The position numbers and the translations under genes are program-made. From contig JANQHR010000151.1 in the NCBI GenBank assembly GCA_028282585.1, positions 1 to 57,905 of the forward strand: 57,905 bases of DNA, given 5' to 3'. The stretch is from Bacteroidales bacterium. Its GTDB lineage: Bacteria; Bacteroidota; Bacteroidia; Bacteroidales; UBA12077. Shown here piece after piece: positions 47,014 to 57,880 of the stretch. The notes beneath the pieces are model-generated. The model did no database searches and was not told the origin of the DNA. It was given only the letters and a program-made list of their open reading frames with translations. How positions within the stretch are numbered: the first letter of the stretch is position 1; each line of letters starts with the position of its first letter.

Positions 47014-49161
47014 ATGAAACCAGATTTTAAAAATATAAATTTAGATCTTCCCAAGTCGAAATACAATTCAGCAAAAGACTGGGAAAAAGAGAACGATATA
47101 AAGGAGAACTGGAAAACTCCTGAACAAATTGATGTAAAAAACGCATATTCTAAGGAAGATTTAGAAGGCATGGAGCATTTAAATTATGCTGCAGGGCTTG
47201 CTCCTTTCTTACGTGGGCCTTATTCAGGTATGTATGCAATGCGGCCATGGACTATTCGTCAGTATGCAGGATTCTCAACTGCTGAAGAATCAAATGCATT
47301 TTACAGAAGAAACTTAGCTGCCGGGCAGAAAGGTTTATCAATTGCATTCGACCTTGCTACTCACCGTGGGTATGACTCAGACCATGAGCGTGTAGTTGGT
47401 GATGTTGGTAAGGCTGGTGTTGCAGTAGATTCAATTTTAGATATGAAAATCCTTTTCGATCAGATTCCATTAGATAAAATGTCTGTATCGATGACAATGA
47501 ATGGTGCTGTACTTCCTGTGTTAGCATTCTATATTGTTGCCGGTTTAGAGCAAGGGGTTCCATTAGAAAAATTAAGTGGTACAATTCAGAACGATATCTT
47601 GAAAGAGTTCATGGTTCGTAATACTTACATTTACCCACCTGAGTTCTCAATGAGGATTATCGCTGATATTTTTGAGTACACTTCTAAAAATATGCCTAAG
47701 TTTAACTCTATTAGTATTTCTGGTTACCATATGCAAGAAGCTGGTGCTACTGCTGATATCGAATTAGCTTACACTTTAGCCGATGGTTTAGAATATTTAA
47801 GAACTGGTGTAAATGCAGGTATGGATATCGATTCGTTTGCACCACGTTTATCTTTCTTCTGGGCTATTGGAATGAATCACTTCATGGAGATTGCAAAAAT
47901 GCGTGCTGGACGTATGCTTTGGGCTAAATTGGTTAAGCAATTTAATCCTAAAAATCCAAAATCTATGGCATTACGTACTCACTCTCAGACTTCTGGTTGG
48001 AGTTTAACAGAGCAAGATCCATTTAATAATGTTGCTCGTACAGCTATAGAAGCTATGGGTGCAGCATTAGGACATACTCAGTCGTTACACACAAATGCTT
48101 TAGATGAAGCAATTGCATTACCAACAGATTTCTCTGCTCGAATTGCTCGTAATACGCAGATTTACATTCAGGAAGAAACTCAAATTTGTAAAGCTGTTGA
48201 TCCATGGGCTGGTTCTTACTATGTTGAGAAATTAACTCAGGAAATCGCTGACAAAGCTTGGGCTCATATCCAGGAAATTGAGAAATTAGGCGGTATGGCT
48301 AAGGCTATCGAGACAGGTATTCCAAAAATGCGTATCGAAGAAGCTGCTGCTCGTAAGCAAGCAAGAATTGATACTGGTAAGGATACTATTGTTGGCGTTA
48401 ACAAGTACAGATTAGAAAAAGAAGATCCAATTGATATTTTGGATGTTGATAATACTGCAGTTCGCGAAGCTCAAATTAAACGCTTAGCTAAATTAAGAGC
48501 TGAAAGAAACGAAGAAGAAGTTCAGGCCGCATTGCGCAAAATAGAAAATTGTGCTGCGAATTGTCAAGGAAACCTACTTGAGTTAGCTGTTGATGCTGCT
48601 AAAAAGCGTGCTTCTCTAGGAGAGATTTCTGATGCTTGTGAAAAAACTGCAGGAAGATATAAAGCTGTAATCAGATCAATTTCGGGAGTATATATGTCAG
48701 AATCAAAAGATGATACAAACTATAACAAAGCTAAGGAATTAGTTGAAAAGTTTGCAGAGAAAGAAGGTCGTCAACCACGTATTATGATCGCTAAAATGGG
48801 TCAGGATGGCCACGATCGTGGAGCAAAAGTTGTTTCAACAGGTTATGCCGATTTAGGTTTCGATGTTGATATAGGACCATTATTCCAAACTCCTGCTGAA
48901 GCTGCTAAACAAGCTGTTGAGAACGATGTTCACATTATGGGAGTATCTTCGTTAGCTGCCGGACACAAAACATTGGTTCCACAAGTAATGGAAGAATTGA
49001 AGAAATTAGGTCGTGAAGATATCATGATTATTGTTGGTGGTGTTATTCCAGCACAAGATTATAAATTCTTATATGATGCAGGTGTTGCAGGTGTATTTGG
49101 CCCTGGAACTTCTATTCCTGTTGCAGCAATTAAAATGCTGGAAATAATGTTAGAAGATTAA
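47014..49161 (+). CDS. scpA: Methylmalonyl-CoA mutase large (catalytic) subunit
   Basis: [53 protein letters not shown]. Confidence 0.97.
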   Translation: MKPDFKNINLDLPKSKYNSAKDWEKENDIKENWKTPEQIDVKNAYSKEDLEGMEHLNYAAGLAPFLRGPYSGMYAMRPWTIRQYAGFSTAEESNAFYRRNLAAGQKGLSIAFDLATHRGYDSDHERVVGDVGKAGVAVDSILDMKILFDQIPLDKMSVSMTMNGAVLPVLAFYIVAGLEQGVPLEKLSGTIQNDILKEFMVRNTYIYPPEFSMRIIADIFEYTSKNMPKFNSISISGYHMQEAGATADIELAYTLADGLEYLRTGVNAGMDIDSFAPRLSFFWAIGMNHFMEIAKMRAGRMLWAKLVKQFNPKNPKSMALRTHSQTSGWSLTEQDPFNNVARTAIEAMGAALGHTQSLHTNALDEAIALPTDFSARIARNTQIYIQEETQICKAVDPWAGSYYVEKLTQEIADKAWAHIQEIEKLGGMAKAIETGIPKMRIEEAAARKQARIDTGKDTIVGVNKYRLEKEDPIDILDVDNTAVREAQIKRLAKLRAERNEEEVQAALRKIENCAANCQGNLLELAVDAAKKRASLGEISDACEKTAGRYKAVIRSISGVYMSESKDDTNYNKAKELVEKFAEKEGRQPRIMIAKMGQDGHDRGAKVVSTGYADLGFDVDIGPLFQTPAEAAKQAVENDVHIMGVSSLAAGHKTLVPQVMEELKKLGREDIMIIVGGVIPAQDYKFLYDAGVAGVFGPGTSIPVAAIKMLEIMLED

Positions 49162-49188
49162 AATTAATTTCAATTTACATATATTATG

Positions 49189-49224
49189 GAAAGGTTTGGC
49201 AATTATGCCAGGCCTTTTCTTTTT
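49189..49224 (+). terminator. Terminator of the mut operon
   Basis: AAAGGTTTGGCA-atta-TGCCAGGCCTTT followed by TcTTTTT. Confidence 0.8.
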
Positions 49225-49230
49225 GTCCTA

Positions 49231-49264
49231 AAAGTTCCCCTCTTGAGAGGGGTTAGAGGTGTGT
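49231..49264. repeat. REP-like palindromic repeat, left copy
   Basis: AAAGTTCCCCTCTTGAGAGGGGTTAGAGGTGTGT; supplies the stop codon of the DUF559 gene. Confidence 0.65.
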
Positions 49265-49642
49265 CTTTTCAAATTCAGTTACATACCATTCGATTGTTTC
49301 TAGTACATCCTCAATACGATAATAAACATCCTCATCCTTAAACCGTAGAACGGTAATTCCTAAATCATTTAGTTTTGATTCCTTTATTTGATCTCTAATT
49401 TGAACATTTTTAAAGTGATGTGTGATTCCATCTAATTCAATTCCTAGCATTAGCTCATGGCAGAAAAAGTCCAAAATGAAGTTGTCGATTGGTTTTTGAC
49501 GATGAAAATCATAACCATGCATTTGCTTTCCTTTTAAACATTTCCAAAGTTTTATTTCTGATTTTGTACTATTGTTACATAACCTACGAGCTAATTCTTT
49601 TAGTTTTGGATTATATGGAATTATTTTTCTTCGAGAGTTCAT
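49253..49642 (-). CDS. DUF559 / Vsr-like endonuclease domain protein
   Basis: IPYNPKLKELAR.L..NST.SE..LW..L.GKQ..GYDFHRQKPI..FI.DF.C..L.L.IELDG..H, RD..K...L...GITVLRF. Start moved to ATG 49642. Confidence 0.9.
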   Translation of the reverse strand: MNSRRKIIPYNPKLKELARRLCNNSTKSEIKLWKCLKGKQMHGYDFHRQKPIDNFILDFFCHELMLGIELDGITHHFKNVQIRDQIKESKLNDLGITVLRFKDEDVYYRIEDVLETIEWYVTEFEKTHL

Positions 49643-49672
49643 AAAAATAAAGATAAATAAAATTAGAAAATT

Positions 49673-49712
49673 ACACACTCCTGTCCTTCGGACATCCCCC
49701 CTCAAGGGTAAT
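49673..49712. repeat. REP-like palindromic repeat, right copy in inverted orientation
   Basis: ACACACTCCT-GTCCTTCGGACAT-CCCCCCTCAAGGGTAAT aligns with the reverse complement of the left copy. Confidence 0.55.
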
Positions 49713-49796
49713 TATTTGCAGAAACTTTTAAAGAGGTTAACCTTAAAAATTAAAATTTTCAGTAAATTTAAATGATCAAACTCAATTAAAATTAAC

Positions 49797-50774
49797 ATGA
49801 AAAAGCTATTTGTAATATTTATTTTTCTAATTGCTAATGTTCAGCTTATAAAATCTCAGAACATTGAATCCATGAAATGGGATAAAGAATTTCAAATACA
49901 TATTACATTAGCAAATGATTCAAACTACATTCTGGATATAAAGGAACTTCATCATGCAAATGTACAAGGTGAAGGATCAGAATCTTTTACGTATTTACCA
50001 ACAAATTTGGAAAATGAATTTGTACAAAAATTAAAGCAGATAGAAATAGATACTAGCTTAAAAAACGAAAAGTTAGAAGAATCTTATAAAACATTATGGA
50101 GCGCTCTTCATAATACGATAGGTGGAGGATGGGTTCATTTTGTTAATTGTTTATTGTATTCTTTAGAAAAAGGATATTTAGATATTCAGGCGCCTCTTAT
50201 GAAGCGTCCGGAGAGTAATTGGAAACCTAAGCCAGTTACTGAATCCTATAAAAGAACAAAGAAATGGGAATATTATGTCCCTGTTGATCAAAAACTTGCT
50301 ATAAAAGAATATAGTATTAAAAAGAAGAATGATGAACTTGGACATTTAAATGATATACCTCAGGAATTTATTGACTTACTACTAAATACCAGTCAAAAAC
50401 AATATGAACAATTGGATCAAATATATAGAAGCAGGGCAAAAGCGCGAATTGATTTGGTAAAAATGTTGATTGGAGCAAATTATTTGGGAGAAACGCAGAT
50501 TAAATATATAAAATCAATGGTTTTAAAAGCCATGGTAGATTATTCTGAAGATCAATTACCCTCTATAATTATTTTTGATAATTTTAATGCTGCAGTTGCG
50601 ATGAGCTTAAACGAAACGGGTTATCAAATTGATAAAATTGTATTTGTTGACGAACGATTTATTTCTATCAAAACACGACTGGAAAGAATTAATCAAATTA
50701 ATTCAATAGTAGCTAATATTAATGAAGTAAATAAGCAGGTATTTCAACAAAAGTTAATGAATTATTATAACTAA
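49797..50774 (+). CDS. Hypothetical exported protein
   Basis: 325-aa ORF with signal peptide; no family recognised. Confidence 0.75.
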   Translation: MKKLFVIFIFLIANVQLIKSQNIESMKWDKEFQIHITLANDSNYILDIKELHHANVQGEGSESFTYLPTNLENEFVQKLKQIEIDTSLKNEKLEESYKTLWSALHNTIGGGWVHFVNCLLYSLEKGYLDIQAPLMKRPESNWKPKPVTESYKRTKKWEYYVPVDQKLAIKEYSIKKKNDELGHLNDIPQEFIDLLLNTSQKQYEQLDQIYRSRAKARIDLVKMLIGANYLGETQIKYIKSMVLKAMVDYSEDQLPSIIIFDNFNAAVAMSLNETGYQIDKIVFVDERFISIKTRLERINQINSIVANINEVNKQVFQQKLMNYYN

Positions 50775-51464
50775 CTATTTGTTTTTGTTAAAAGGAATTT
50801 GGTAATAAATATAGTAATTAGCACCTAAATTAACAGTACTTTCTCCTTTACCAAATCCAGGAATATCATAAGGTTGGAATTGTTCATCTTTTCGACCTGA
50901 AATCCCAACTCTAATAAGAGCTGACCAGCCAAAATAAACATTCTTTAAAAGTTCACCTTTTATTCCCAATGAAACTTCTAACCAATAAGTAGTATATGAT
51001 TTTGAATCAACAGAAAAAGATTGTATTGGCCAATGAATATCATTATATATTATATTAGAAGCAGAGTGTTTGAATGAGGCTCTACCCAGTCGAACACCAA
51101 TTCCAAAATAATCTGAGGGGTATTTTTTTAGCATGTTAAAATCTACACCAGCCTTAACGAAGCTTCCTTCCGATGTATAATCATAGTTGTCTTTTTCTAT
51201 GCTTATTTCAGAAAATCCTCCTTCAATTACCCCAAAATACTTATTACTTATATTAAAATCAAAAGATGCCTCATACGACGTCCTTTCGGGCTTAAAAAGA
51301 TAATCGGAGAATCGACCGACATTAACACCAACTTTCATTCCTTTTAGCACTAAAGGTACTTTTTCTTTTTGGGGAACGTAAAGAGTGTCTTCATCCTGTC
51401 CATATGAATAATATGAAAAGAATACCAGAAAAATTAAACTAAAAATATAACTGAATCTCACCAT
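50775..51464 (-). CDS. DUF6048-like outer-membrane beta-barrel protein
   Basis: Signal peptide, alternating beta strands, PYDIPGFG, terminal YYQIPF. Start moved to ATG 51464. Confidence 0.7.
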   Translation of the reverse strand: MVRFSYIFSLIFLVFFSYYSYGQDEDTLYVPQKEKVPLVLKGMKVGVNVGRFSDYLFKPERTSYEASFDFNISNKYFGVIEGGFSEISIEKDNYDYTSEGSFVKAGVDFNMLKKYPSDYFGIGVRLGRASFKHSASNIIYNDIHWPIQSFSVDSKSYTTYWLEVSLGIKGELLKNVYFGWSALIRVGISGRKDEQFQPYDIPGFGKGESTVNLGANYYIYYQIPFNKNK

Positions 51465-51912
51465 TCTTTGCAGTTGTAATTTCGTCTTCGTTAATTTCAA
51501 TTGAGTCAATATAGTTCAGGGTATATAAAACAGTATCAATCAAAAATTTGGTGATAAAACCACATTCTTTTGATAAAAATATTTGCTCCCTTTGTGTTAA
51601 AATAATCAAAGTATCTTGTTCTGTTGCAGTGGTAGAAGTAATGATTATTTCCGAAGTATCGGAATATGGAGATAGCATAAATCCAAGAAAGGAATCTCCA
51701 CTTTCATTTTCATCCGAAAAGTGAATGCTATCAGTCCATTCAGGAGAGTAGATTGATAAGTTATCTACAAAACCTAAATCTGTCAAAGCTTCATCCTTAA
51801 CATTAAATGTAAGGTTTAGAGTAGATTTTGTTTCCTCATTACAAACGTCATCACTGCACGAAAAAGCAGAAAAAGAAACAAGTATAATAAAAATGTATTT
51901 AGAAAATTTCAT
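51439..51912 (-). CDS. DUF6452-like lipoprotein
   Basis: Lipobox AFSC, D.C, DTL....R..IFLS.ECGF, terminal I.LYF. Confidence 0.7.
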   Translation of the reverse strand: MKFSKYIFIILVSFSAFSCSDDVCNEETKSTLNLTFNVKDEALTDLGFVDNLSIYSPEWTDSIHFSDENESGDSFLGFMLSPYSDTSEIIITSTTATEQDTLIILTQREQIFLSKECGFITKFLIDTVLYTLNYIDSIEINEDEITTAKNGEIQLYF

Positions 51913-51948
51913 TATGCTTTTTTTACTTTAAAAGGCAAAAGTAAATGT

Positions 51949-52713
51949 TTATTGTTGTTGCTCTATACTTTTTGAATAATTTTTTAAATACATTTCACTA
52001 CCATCGAATTCAGCATAAGTAAAATGACTTAACCAATCACCAAGATTTATATATCTGCATTTATCATTTAGTTTCAAGTCCAAGGGATAATGCCGGTGAC
52101 CATAAACCATAAAATCAAATTCCTCTTTTTTAAGTAATTCCTTAGAATATAAAATAAGCCATTCTTTATCTTCACCTTCAAAAGGAGCTGTTTCTCTCGA
52201 ATAACGACTATGAGTTGACCATGTATTTGCAATCCATATTCCCAAATTTGGATGAAAACGAGCAAATAACCATTGCGAAAATTTACTTGCAAAGATTTGC
52301 TTGAGTAATTTATATGATCTATCACCAGGGCCTAAACCGTCTCCATGTGCCAGATAAAATCTTTTACCTGAAAATTCCTTTATTACAGGTTTTTTATGAA
52401 GAGTTATTCCCGTTTCTTTGGGTAGGTAATCAAAAATCCACATATCGTGGTTTCCTGTAAAAAAATGTACAGGAATACCAGCATCGGTAATTTCGCATAG
52501 CTTACCTAAAAACCTTGAAAATCCTTTAGGAATAGCTCGTTTGTATTCAAACCAAAAATCAAAAATATCGCCTAATAGGTAGATTTCTTCTGCGTTGCTT
52601 TTAACATCATCAAGCCATTGAACGAATAACTTTTCCCTTTTAAGGCTTTTTTCGAAGCTAGGAAGTCCTAAATGAACATCTGAAGCAAAATATATTTTTT
52701 TATTAAGGTTCAA
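51949..52713 (-). CDS. lpxH: UDP-2,3-diacylglucosamine hydrolase
   Basis: YFASDVHLG, LLGDIFDFWFEY, GNHDMW, AHGDG, GHRH, NLGDW; TTG start. Confidence 0.92.
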   Translation of the reverse strand: MNLNKKIYFASDVHLGLPSFEKSLKREKLFVQWLDDVKSNAEEIYLLGDIFDFWFEYKRAIPKGFSRFLGKLCEITDAGIPVHFFTGNHDMWIFDYLPKETGITLHKKPVIKEFSGKRFYLAHGDGLGPGDRSYKLLKQIFASKFSQWLFARFHPNLGIWIANTWSTHSRYSRETAPFEGEDKEWLILYSKELLKKEEFDFMVYGHRHYPLDLKLNDKCRYINLGDWLSHFTYAEFDGSEMYLKNYSKSIEQQQ

Positions 52714-52718
52714 TATTT

Positions 52719-53888
52719 CTATTTTAACGCATAATCGAAAGTACTTACCATTTGCTCTTTTGAAGGATTAATCAATACGATTTCCCCATCCGGATTTATA
52801 AGGTAACTTGTTGGTAAAGTTTTAACATTATACAATCTAGCATAGTAAGATGACCTTCCATCTTGATCAATTACATTAATCCAAGGTAATTGATCGAAAT
52901 TGATAGCTTTAATCCAGTTTTCTGTTTTTGTATCCAGCGAAACCTGATAAATTTCAAATCCTTTAGTATGATATTTTTTATATATATCCAATAACTCAAC
53001 ATTTCTTTTAATACTTTCCTGATTCCATGAAGCCCAGAAATTTAATAAAATATATCTGGCATTTACTGCATTTAAAGATAAGCTGTCACCTGATTGATCC
53101 GGCAAATATATTTCAGGAATATTATGAACTGTCTTTGCTTTAGCAATTTGTTCTAAATGAGCACTAGTTCTTAGTTGATCATAACGTTTTAATAGATTGT
53201 TTTTATCTGCTAAAAGAGCTTTTACATGTTGAGATTCCGGATATTTCTTAGCTAATGCTTCAGAAACTATCTTTATATATTGTAAATCTCTATTTTTATA
53301 AAGTACATAATTTTGTTCATCAAATTTCTGATAAAGAGGGATAATACTTGCTAAACTGTTTAGGTTCGTTATAATAAATGCTATTGATGAGTCTCTTTGA
53401 GTATTTACTATATTAGCATATGAATTATTTAATTCTTCGATTTCTTCATTAAATTTATCTGTTCCTTGAATCGATTCTATATAATTAATTATCGAGTCTA
53501 ATTTGAGTTTGGTTTCAGCAAATTGATTATTTATTTTCTGAGCTAGAATAGATCCTTCAGATCCCGCAATAACTGCATTACTCATATTTTTTGCGTCAAC
53601 ATTAATGGTAATATTTTCTCCGGGTTCAATAAGTAATGTTAAAAAATTATTTTCAGAAACAGATAATTGATAAAATCTCGGAATATCAGTATTAGTTTTG
53701 AATTTAAAGTTTCCTTTTTTATTAATTTTTACAGATTCAATTTCTTCGGTTCCATTTACTAATAATTCTTTTAAAACCAGCTTTTTACCTTCCCCGTTTT
53801 CAATATTTCCAGAAATCTGAAACTGGTTTATTTTTGTACATGAGTTTAATAAAATGATTGCGCAAATAAAAAGAATAAGGCGTTTCAT
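52719..53888 (-). CDS. TlpA-like lipoprotein (DUF4369 plus redoxin), CxxC absent
   Basis: Lipobox LNSC; PEI.LPD..G, FWASWNQES, GFEIYQVSLD. Confidence 0.85.
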   Translation of the reverse strand: MKRLILFICAIILLNSCTKINQFQISGNIENGEGKKLVLKELLVNGTEEIESVKINKKGNFKFKTNTDIPRFYQLSVSENNFLTLLIEPGENITINVDAKNMSNAVIAGSEGSILAQKINNQFAETKLKLDSIINYIESIQGTDKFNEEIEELNNSYANIVNTQRDSSIAFIITNLNSLASIIPLYQKFDEQNYVLYKNRDLQYIKIVSEALAKKYPESQHVKALLADKNNLLKRYDQLRTSAHLEQIAKAKTVHNIPEIYLPDQSGDSLSLNAVNARYILLNFWASWNQESIKRNVELLDIYKKYHTKGFEIYQVSLDTKTENWIKAINFDQLPWINVIDQDGRSSYYARLYNVKTLPTSYLINPDGEIVLINPSKEQMVSTFDYALK

Positions 53889-53977
53889 GTTATATTTTGT
53901 ATTTAAATTGTTTTTATCAGAATCCGGTTACCTTTTTTCAAAAATAACCGGACATATATTTTCACAAAGTGGCTAAG

Positions 53978-55138
53978 TTAATCAAATAATTCTGAAAGTT
54001 TAGCGTCCAGAGCATCACCACGAAGATTTTTTGCAATTATCCTTCCATTTTTATCAATAAGAAAATTTGCTGGTATTGCCTGAACTTTATATAATTGAGC
54101 GGCTGAAGAGTTCCAGTATTTCAGATCACTAACGTGAATCCAATTTAGTTGGTCATTTTCAATTGCATCTATCCAAGACTCTTTTTTCTTGTCCAATGAA
54201 ACCTGGTAAATTTCAAATCCTTTATCATGATATTTTTTATGGCTTTTAACAAGATGTGGATTTTCTACTCTGCAAGGACGACACCATGATGCCCAAAAAT
54301 CGATTAAAACATACCTCCCTCGTAATGAAGATAGCTTAATTGTGTCACTGGCGGGGTTTGGTAAAGAAATTTCAGGAGCCATAACTCCCATTCCTACTAC
54401 ACTGTTTATTTCAGTTTCTATACTTCTTTGTCGTTTTATCTCTTGCATTTGTGTATGCAATGCCTTTACTGCATCTGATTCAGGATATCTTGTCATTAGG
54501 GTTGAATCGACTAAAACAAAATATTCATAATCATCGGCAGGGTTTAAAACATACCTTCTGGGAGCAATTTGTTGATAAAGAGCCATTAAGCTGGCTAATG
54601 AATGGCTATTTTCTTTAACAAATAACTTGGTATATTCTCTATGATTATTAATGATTTCTTTTGAAACCTGATTTAAAGAATCTCTTACTCTAATCAAATC
54701 TTTTGTTCCAATTAAAGAACGATAATAATTGCCTAACGAATCAAGTCTATTTACACTTTCGTCAAGCCGTTTCCTAAGCTCAGTTATTTTTTGAGTTTCT
54801 GTTGATCCTTCAATGGTTGCGTTTTTAGCTAAATTATTACCATCTGTTTTTACCGTAATTTGTTCGAATGGATTTACTATTAACGTGAGATAGTTATTAG
54901 AAGAAGTTCTTAATGCATAAAACTTAGGTATATCTGTAATCCCCTTAAAGTTAAAATTTCCTTCATTATTTAAAATAATTGAATCTAAAAAAACAACGTT
55001 ATTAGACTGTAATTCAATTAAATAAAGCTTTTCTCCATTTGCATTCTTAATTTCGCCAGAAACTGTAAAATGGTTGGTTTCAGTTTCACATGAACTTATT
55101 GTTGCTATCAGTACTATAATCCAAAGTAGTTTTTTCAT
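53978..55138 (-). CDS. TlpA disulfide reductase lipoprotein (DUF4369 plus redoxin)
   Basis: Lipobox ISSC; APEISLP, DFWASWCRPCR, W.HVSDLKYW, IPANFLID. Confidence 0.9.
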   Translation of the reverse strand: MKKLLWIIVLIATISSCETETNHFTVSGEIKNANGEKLYLIELQSNNVVFLDSIILNNEGNFNFKGITDIPKFYALRTSSNNYLTLIVNPFEQITVKTDGNNLAKNATIEGSTETQKITELRKRLDESVNRLDSLGNYYRSLIGTKDLIRVRDSLNQVSKEIINNHREYTKLFVKENSHSLASLMALYQQIAPRRYVLNPADDYEYFVLVDSTLMTRYPESDAVKALHTQMQEIKRQRSIETEINSVVGMGVMAPEISLPNPASDTIKLSSLRGRYVLIDFWASWCRPCRVENPHLVKSHKKYHDKGFEIYQVSLDKKKESWIDAIENDQLNWIHVSDLKYWNSSAAQLYKVQAIPANFLIDKNGRIIAKNLRGDALDAKLSELFD

Positions 55139-55315
55139 ACATTTTATCTTTTTACTATAAAGTGCTGGTTTTAAAACAATAATATTATTAAATTATTGTA
55201 TACGCACTTCTCAATTTATGGCGAATTTAGTAATTATTTTATATATACATGAGAACACAGTTTAAAAGGAATATTATATTTTTTATATTTTTGTCAACTC
55301 AAAATATTGATAACT

Positions 55316-56251
55316 GTGGTAATTCATACTGATCTAAAATACTTTAACGTTCAAACTCCAATCTTGACAATTGGTGTTTTTGATGGCGTGCACTTGGGGC
55401 ATAAGCAAGTACTTAATCGATTGAAGGAAATAGCTAATGAAAGAAATGGAGAATCGGTAGTTTTAACACTCTGGCCACATCCCAGAATTGTTCTGGGAAA
55501 AGATGTAGATTCATTGCGATTACTTAATAATATTGAAGAGAAAAAGTATCTTCTATCAAAAACAGAAATTGATCATTTGATTATTCTTCCATTTACGAAG
55601 GAATTCTCACAATTATCGGCATGTGAATTTATCGAAGAGTATTTGGTTAAACAAATAGGAGTTAAACATTTAGTTGTAGGTTATAACCATCAATTTGGAA
55701 AAGATAGGAAAGCAGGATTTGAGTTTTTAAGTGAGTGTGCTAATAAATTTGGATTTAGTATAGAAAAACTTGATGCAAAATTAGTTGAAAATGATAAAGT
55801 GAGTTCCACTAAGATTCGTGAATTTTTGACTGCAGGTTTTTTAGATGTCGCAAATAGTTATCTTGGTTATGAATACTTTATAAGTGGTAATGTCGTTGAG
55901 GGCAATCAGATAGGAAGAAAAATAGGATTTCCAACAGCCAATATTAAAATTCCAGAACCGTATAAACAGGTCCCTAAAGATGGGGTTTATGCTGTACGAG
56001 TAAATTTAAACGGAGAATCTTATTATGGAATGCTGAATATTGGTTCTCGACCTACTATTGAGTCTACTTTAAGAACCAAAAACATTGAGGTTCATATTTT
56101 AAGTTTTGATAAGAAAATCTATAATCAAACCATTACTGTATACTTTGTAAAACGTATTCGAAATGAGATAAAATTTGATAGTCTGGGTGAACTTACAAAA
56201 CAGTTAGAAAGAGATAAAGAAGAGGTAAAATCAGTATTTAACATTATTTAA
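55316..56251 (+). CDS. ribF: Bifunctional riboflavin kinase / FAD synthetase
   Basis: TIGVFDGVHLGH, VGYNHQFG, VSSTKIR, GRKIGFPTAN, NIGSRPT, IEVHI. Probable GTG start at 55316; -7 box TATTTTTG at 55286-93. Confidence 0.95.
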   Translation: MVIHTDLKYFNVQTPILTIGVFDGVHLGHKQVLNRLKEIANERNGESVVLTLWPHPRIVLGKDVDSLRLLNNIEEKKYLLSKTEIDHLIILPFTKEFSQLSACEFIEEYLVKQIGVKHLVVGYNHQFGKDRKAGFEFLSECANKFGFSIEKLDAKLVENDKVSSTKIREFLTAGFLDVANSYLGYEYFISGNVVEGNQIGRKIGFPTANIKIPEPYKQVPKDGVYAVRVNLNGESYYGMLNIGSRPTIESTLRTKNIEVHILSFDKKIYNQTITVYFVKRIRNEIKFDSLGELTKQLERDKEEVKSVFNII

Positions 56252-56282
56252 GTGAACAAATTACTAAGATTTATCGTATAGT

Positions 56283-56313
56283 TTTGAGCTAATAGGTATT
56301 TAATGTAATTTTG
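56283..56313 (+). promoter_or_regulatory. Consensus promoter of ahcY
   Basis: TTTG, 19-nt spacer, TAATTTTG. Confidence 0.7.
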
Positions 56314-56352
56314 CATTTCTAACAATAATAATAAAAAACTAAAATATAAAAA

Positions 56353-57807
56353 ATGGATACGATGGTTGATACTTTGCAGTATAAGATTAAAGATATTTCT
56401 TTAGCTGAATGGGGCAGAAAAGAACTTGATTTAGCCGAGATTGAAATGCCAGGATTGATGGCATTAAGAGAAGAATATAAAGGAAAGAAACCTTTGGCAG
56501 GTGCAAAAATCATGGGATCACTGCACATGACTGTACAAACAGCTATTTTAATTGAAACATTAGTTGAGCTTGGTGCTGACGTACGTTGGGTATCTTGTAA
56601 TATATTTTCAACTCAGGATCATGCGGCAGCAGCAGTTGTAGTAGGTAAAGAAGGAACCGTTGACACGCCTAAAGGAACTCCGGTTTTTGCATGGAAAGGT
56701 GAAACATTAGAGGAATATTGGTGGTGCACCAATAAAGCTTTAACATGGCCCGATGGAAGTGGTCCGAATTTAATACTTGACGATGGTGGTGATGCTACAA
56801 TGCTTGTTGTTAAAGGAGCTGAATTTGAGGAAGCAGGAAAAGTGCCGGATTACAATCCAAAAATACATTCTGAAGAAGAAGGCGTATTTTTAGAGTTATG
56901 TCGTAAAGTACAAGCTGAAAATCCAACTTGTTGGACTGAAAAGAGAAATAATATCCGAGGTGTTTCAGAAGAAACAACGACCGGAGTACATCGTTTATAT
57001 CAAATGGCAGAAGCAGGGAAATTACCTTTCCCTGCAATAAATGTTAACGATTCAGTTACAAAATCAAAATTTGATAATCTTTACGGATGCCGCCACTCTT
57101 TAACTGATGGTATCATGCGAGCTTCGGATGTAATGCTTGCGGGCAAGGTTGCAGTTGTTTGTGGGTATGGCGATGTTGGTAAAGGATCGGCTCAATCGCT
57201 TAGAGGACAAGGTGCTCGTGTTATTGTAACAGAAATTGACCCGATTTGTGCTTTACAAGCTGCAATGGAAGGTTATGAAGTAAAAACGGTTGAAGATGTG
57301 ATAGAATATGCCGATATCTTTGTTACAACTACAGGTAACAAAGATATTATTACTGCTGAACACATGAGTAGAATGAAAAATATGGCAATTGTAGGTAATA
57401 TTGGCCATTTTGATAATGAAATACAAATGGCGGAATTAATGGCTATACCTGGTATCGAAAGAACAAATATTAAACCTCAGTTTGATAAATGGACATTTGC
57501 CGACGGACATAGTGTTCTTATCTTAGCTGAAGGTAGATTATTAAATTTAGGCTGCGCGACTGGACATCCAAGTTTTGTAATGTCAGCTTCATTTACAAAT
57601 CAGACTTTAGCTCAAATTGAATTGCATAATAACAATGATTCATATAAAAATGAAGTATATACTTTGCCCAAATTCTTAGATGAAAAGGTAGCTCGCTTGC
57701 ACCTTGATAAATTGGGGGTTAAATTAACTAAACTTACGAAAGACCAGGCTGATTATATTGGAGTTCCGGTAGAAGGACCTTATAAAGCAGACCACTATAG
57801 ATATTAA
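56353..57807 (+). CDS. ahcY: S-adenosylhomocysteine hydrolase
   Basis: [62 protein letters not shown]. Confidence 0.97.
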   Translation: MDTMVDTLQYKIKDISLAEWGRKELDLAEIEMPGLMALREEYKGKKPLAGAKIMGSLHMTVQTAILIETLVELGADVRWVSCNIFSTQDHAAAAVVVGKEGTVDTPKGTPVFAWKGETLEEYWWCTNKALTWPDGSGPNLILDDGGDATMLVVKGAEFEEAGKVPDYNPKIHSEEEGVFLELCRKVQAENPTCWTEKRNNIRGVSEETTTGVHRLYQMAEAGKLPFPAINVNDSVTKSKFDNLYGCRHSLTDGIMRASDVMLAGKVAVVCGYGDVGKGSAQSLRGQGARVIVTEIDPICALQAAMEGYEVKTVEDVIEYADIFVTTTGNKDIITAEHMSRMKNMAIVGNIGHFDNEIQMAELMAIPGIERTNIKPQFDKWTFADGHSVLILAEGRLLNLGCATGHPSFVMSASFTNQTLAQIELHNNNDSYKNEVYTLPKFLDEKVARLHLDKLGVKLTKLTKDQADYIGVPVEGPYKADHYRY

Positions 57808-57848
57808 AATAGGCAATTTCAGAAGTAAGTAAACTATAAAAATTGAGA

Positions 57849-57880
57849 AGCTGTAGATTAAGTTTTACAGCTACTTTTTT
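57849..57880 (+). terminator. Terminator after ahcY
   Basis: AGCTGTAGA-loop-TTTACAGCT-acTTTTTT. Confidence 0.7.

Noticed and set aside
56252-56352. SAH/SAM riboswitch before ahcY
   Set aside because: The promoter leaves a leader of about 35 A-rich nt with no structure.
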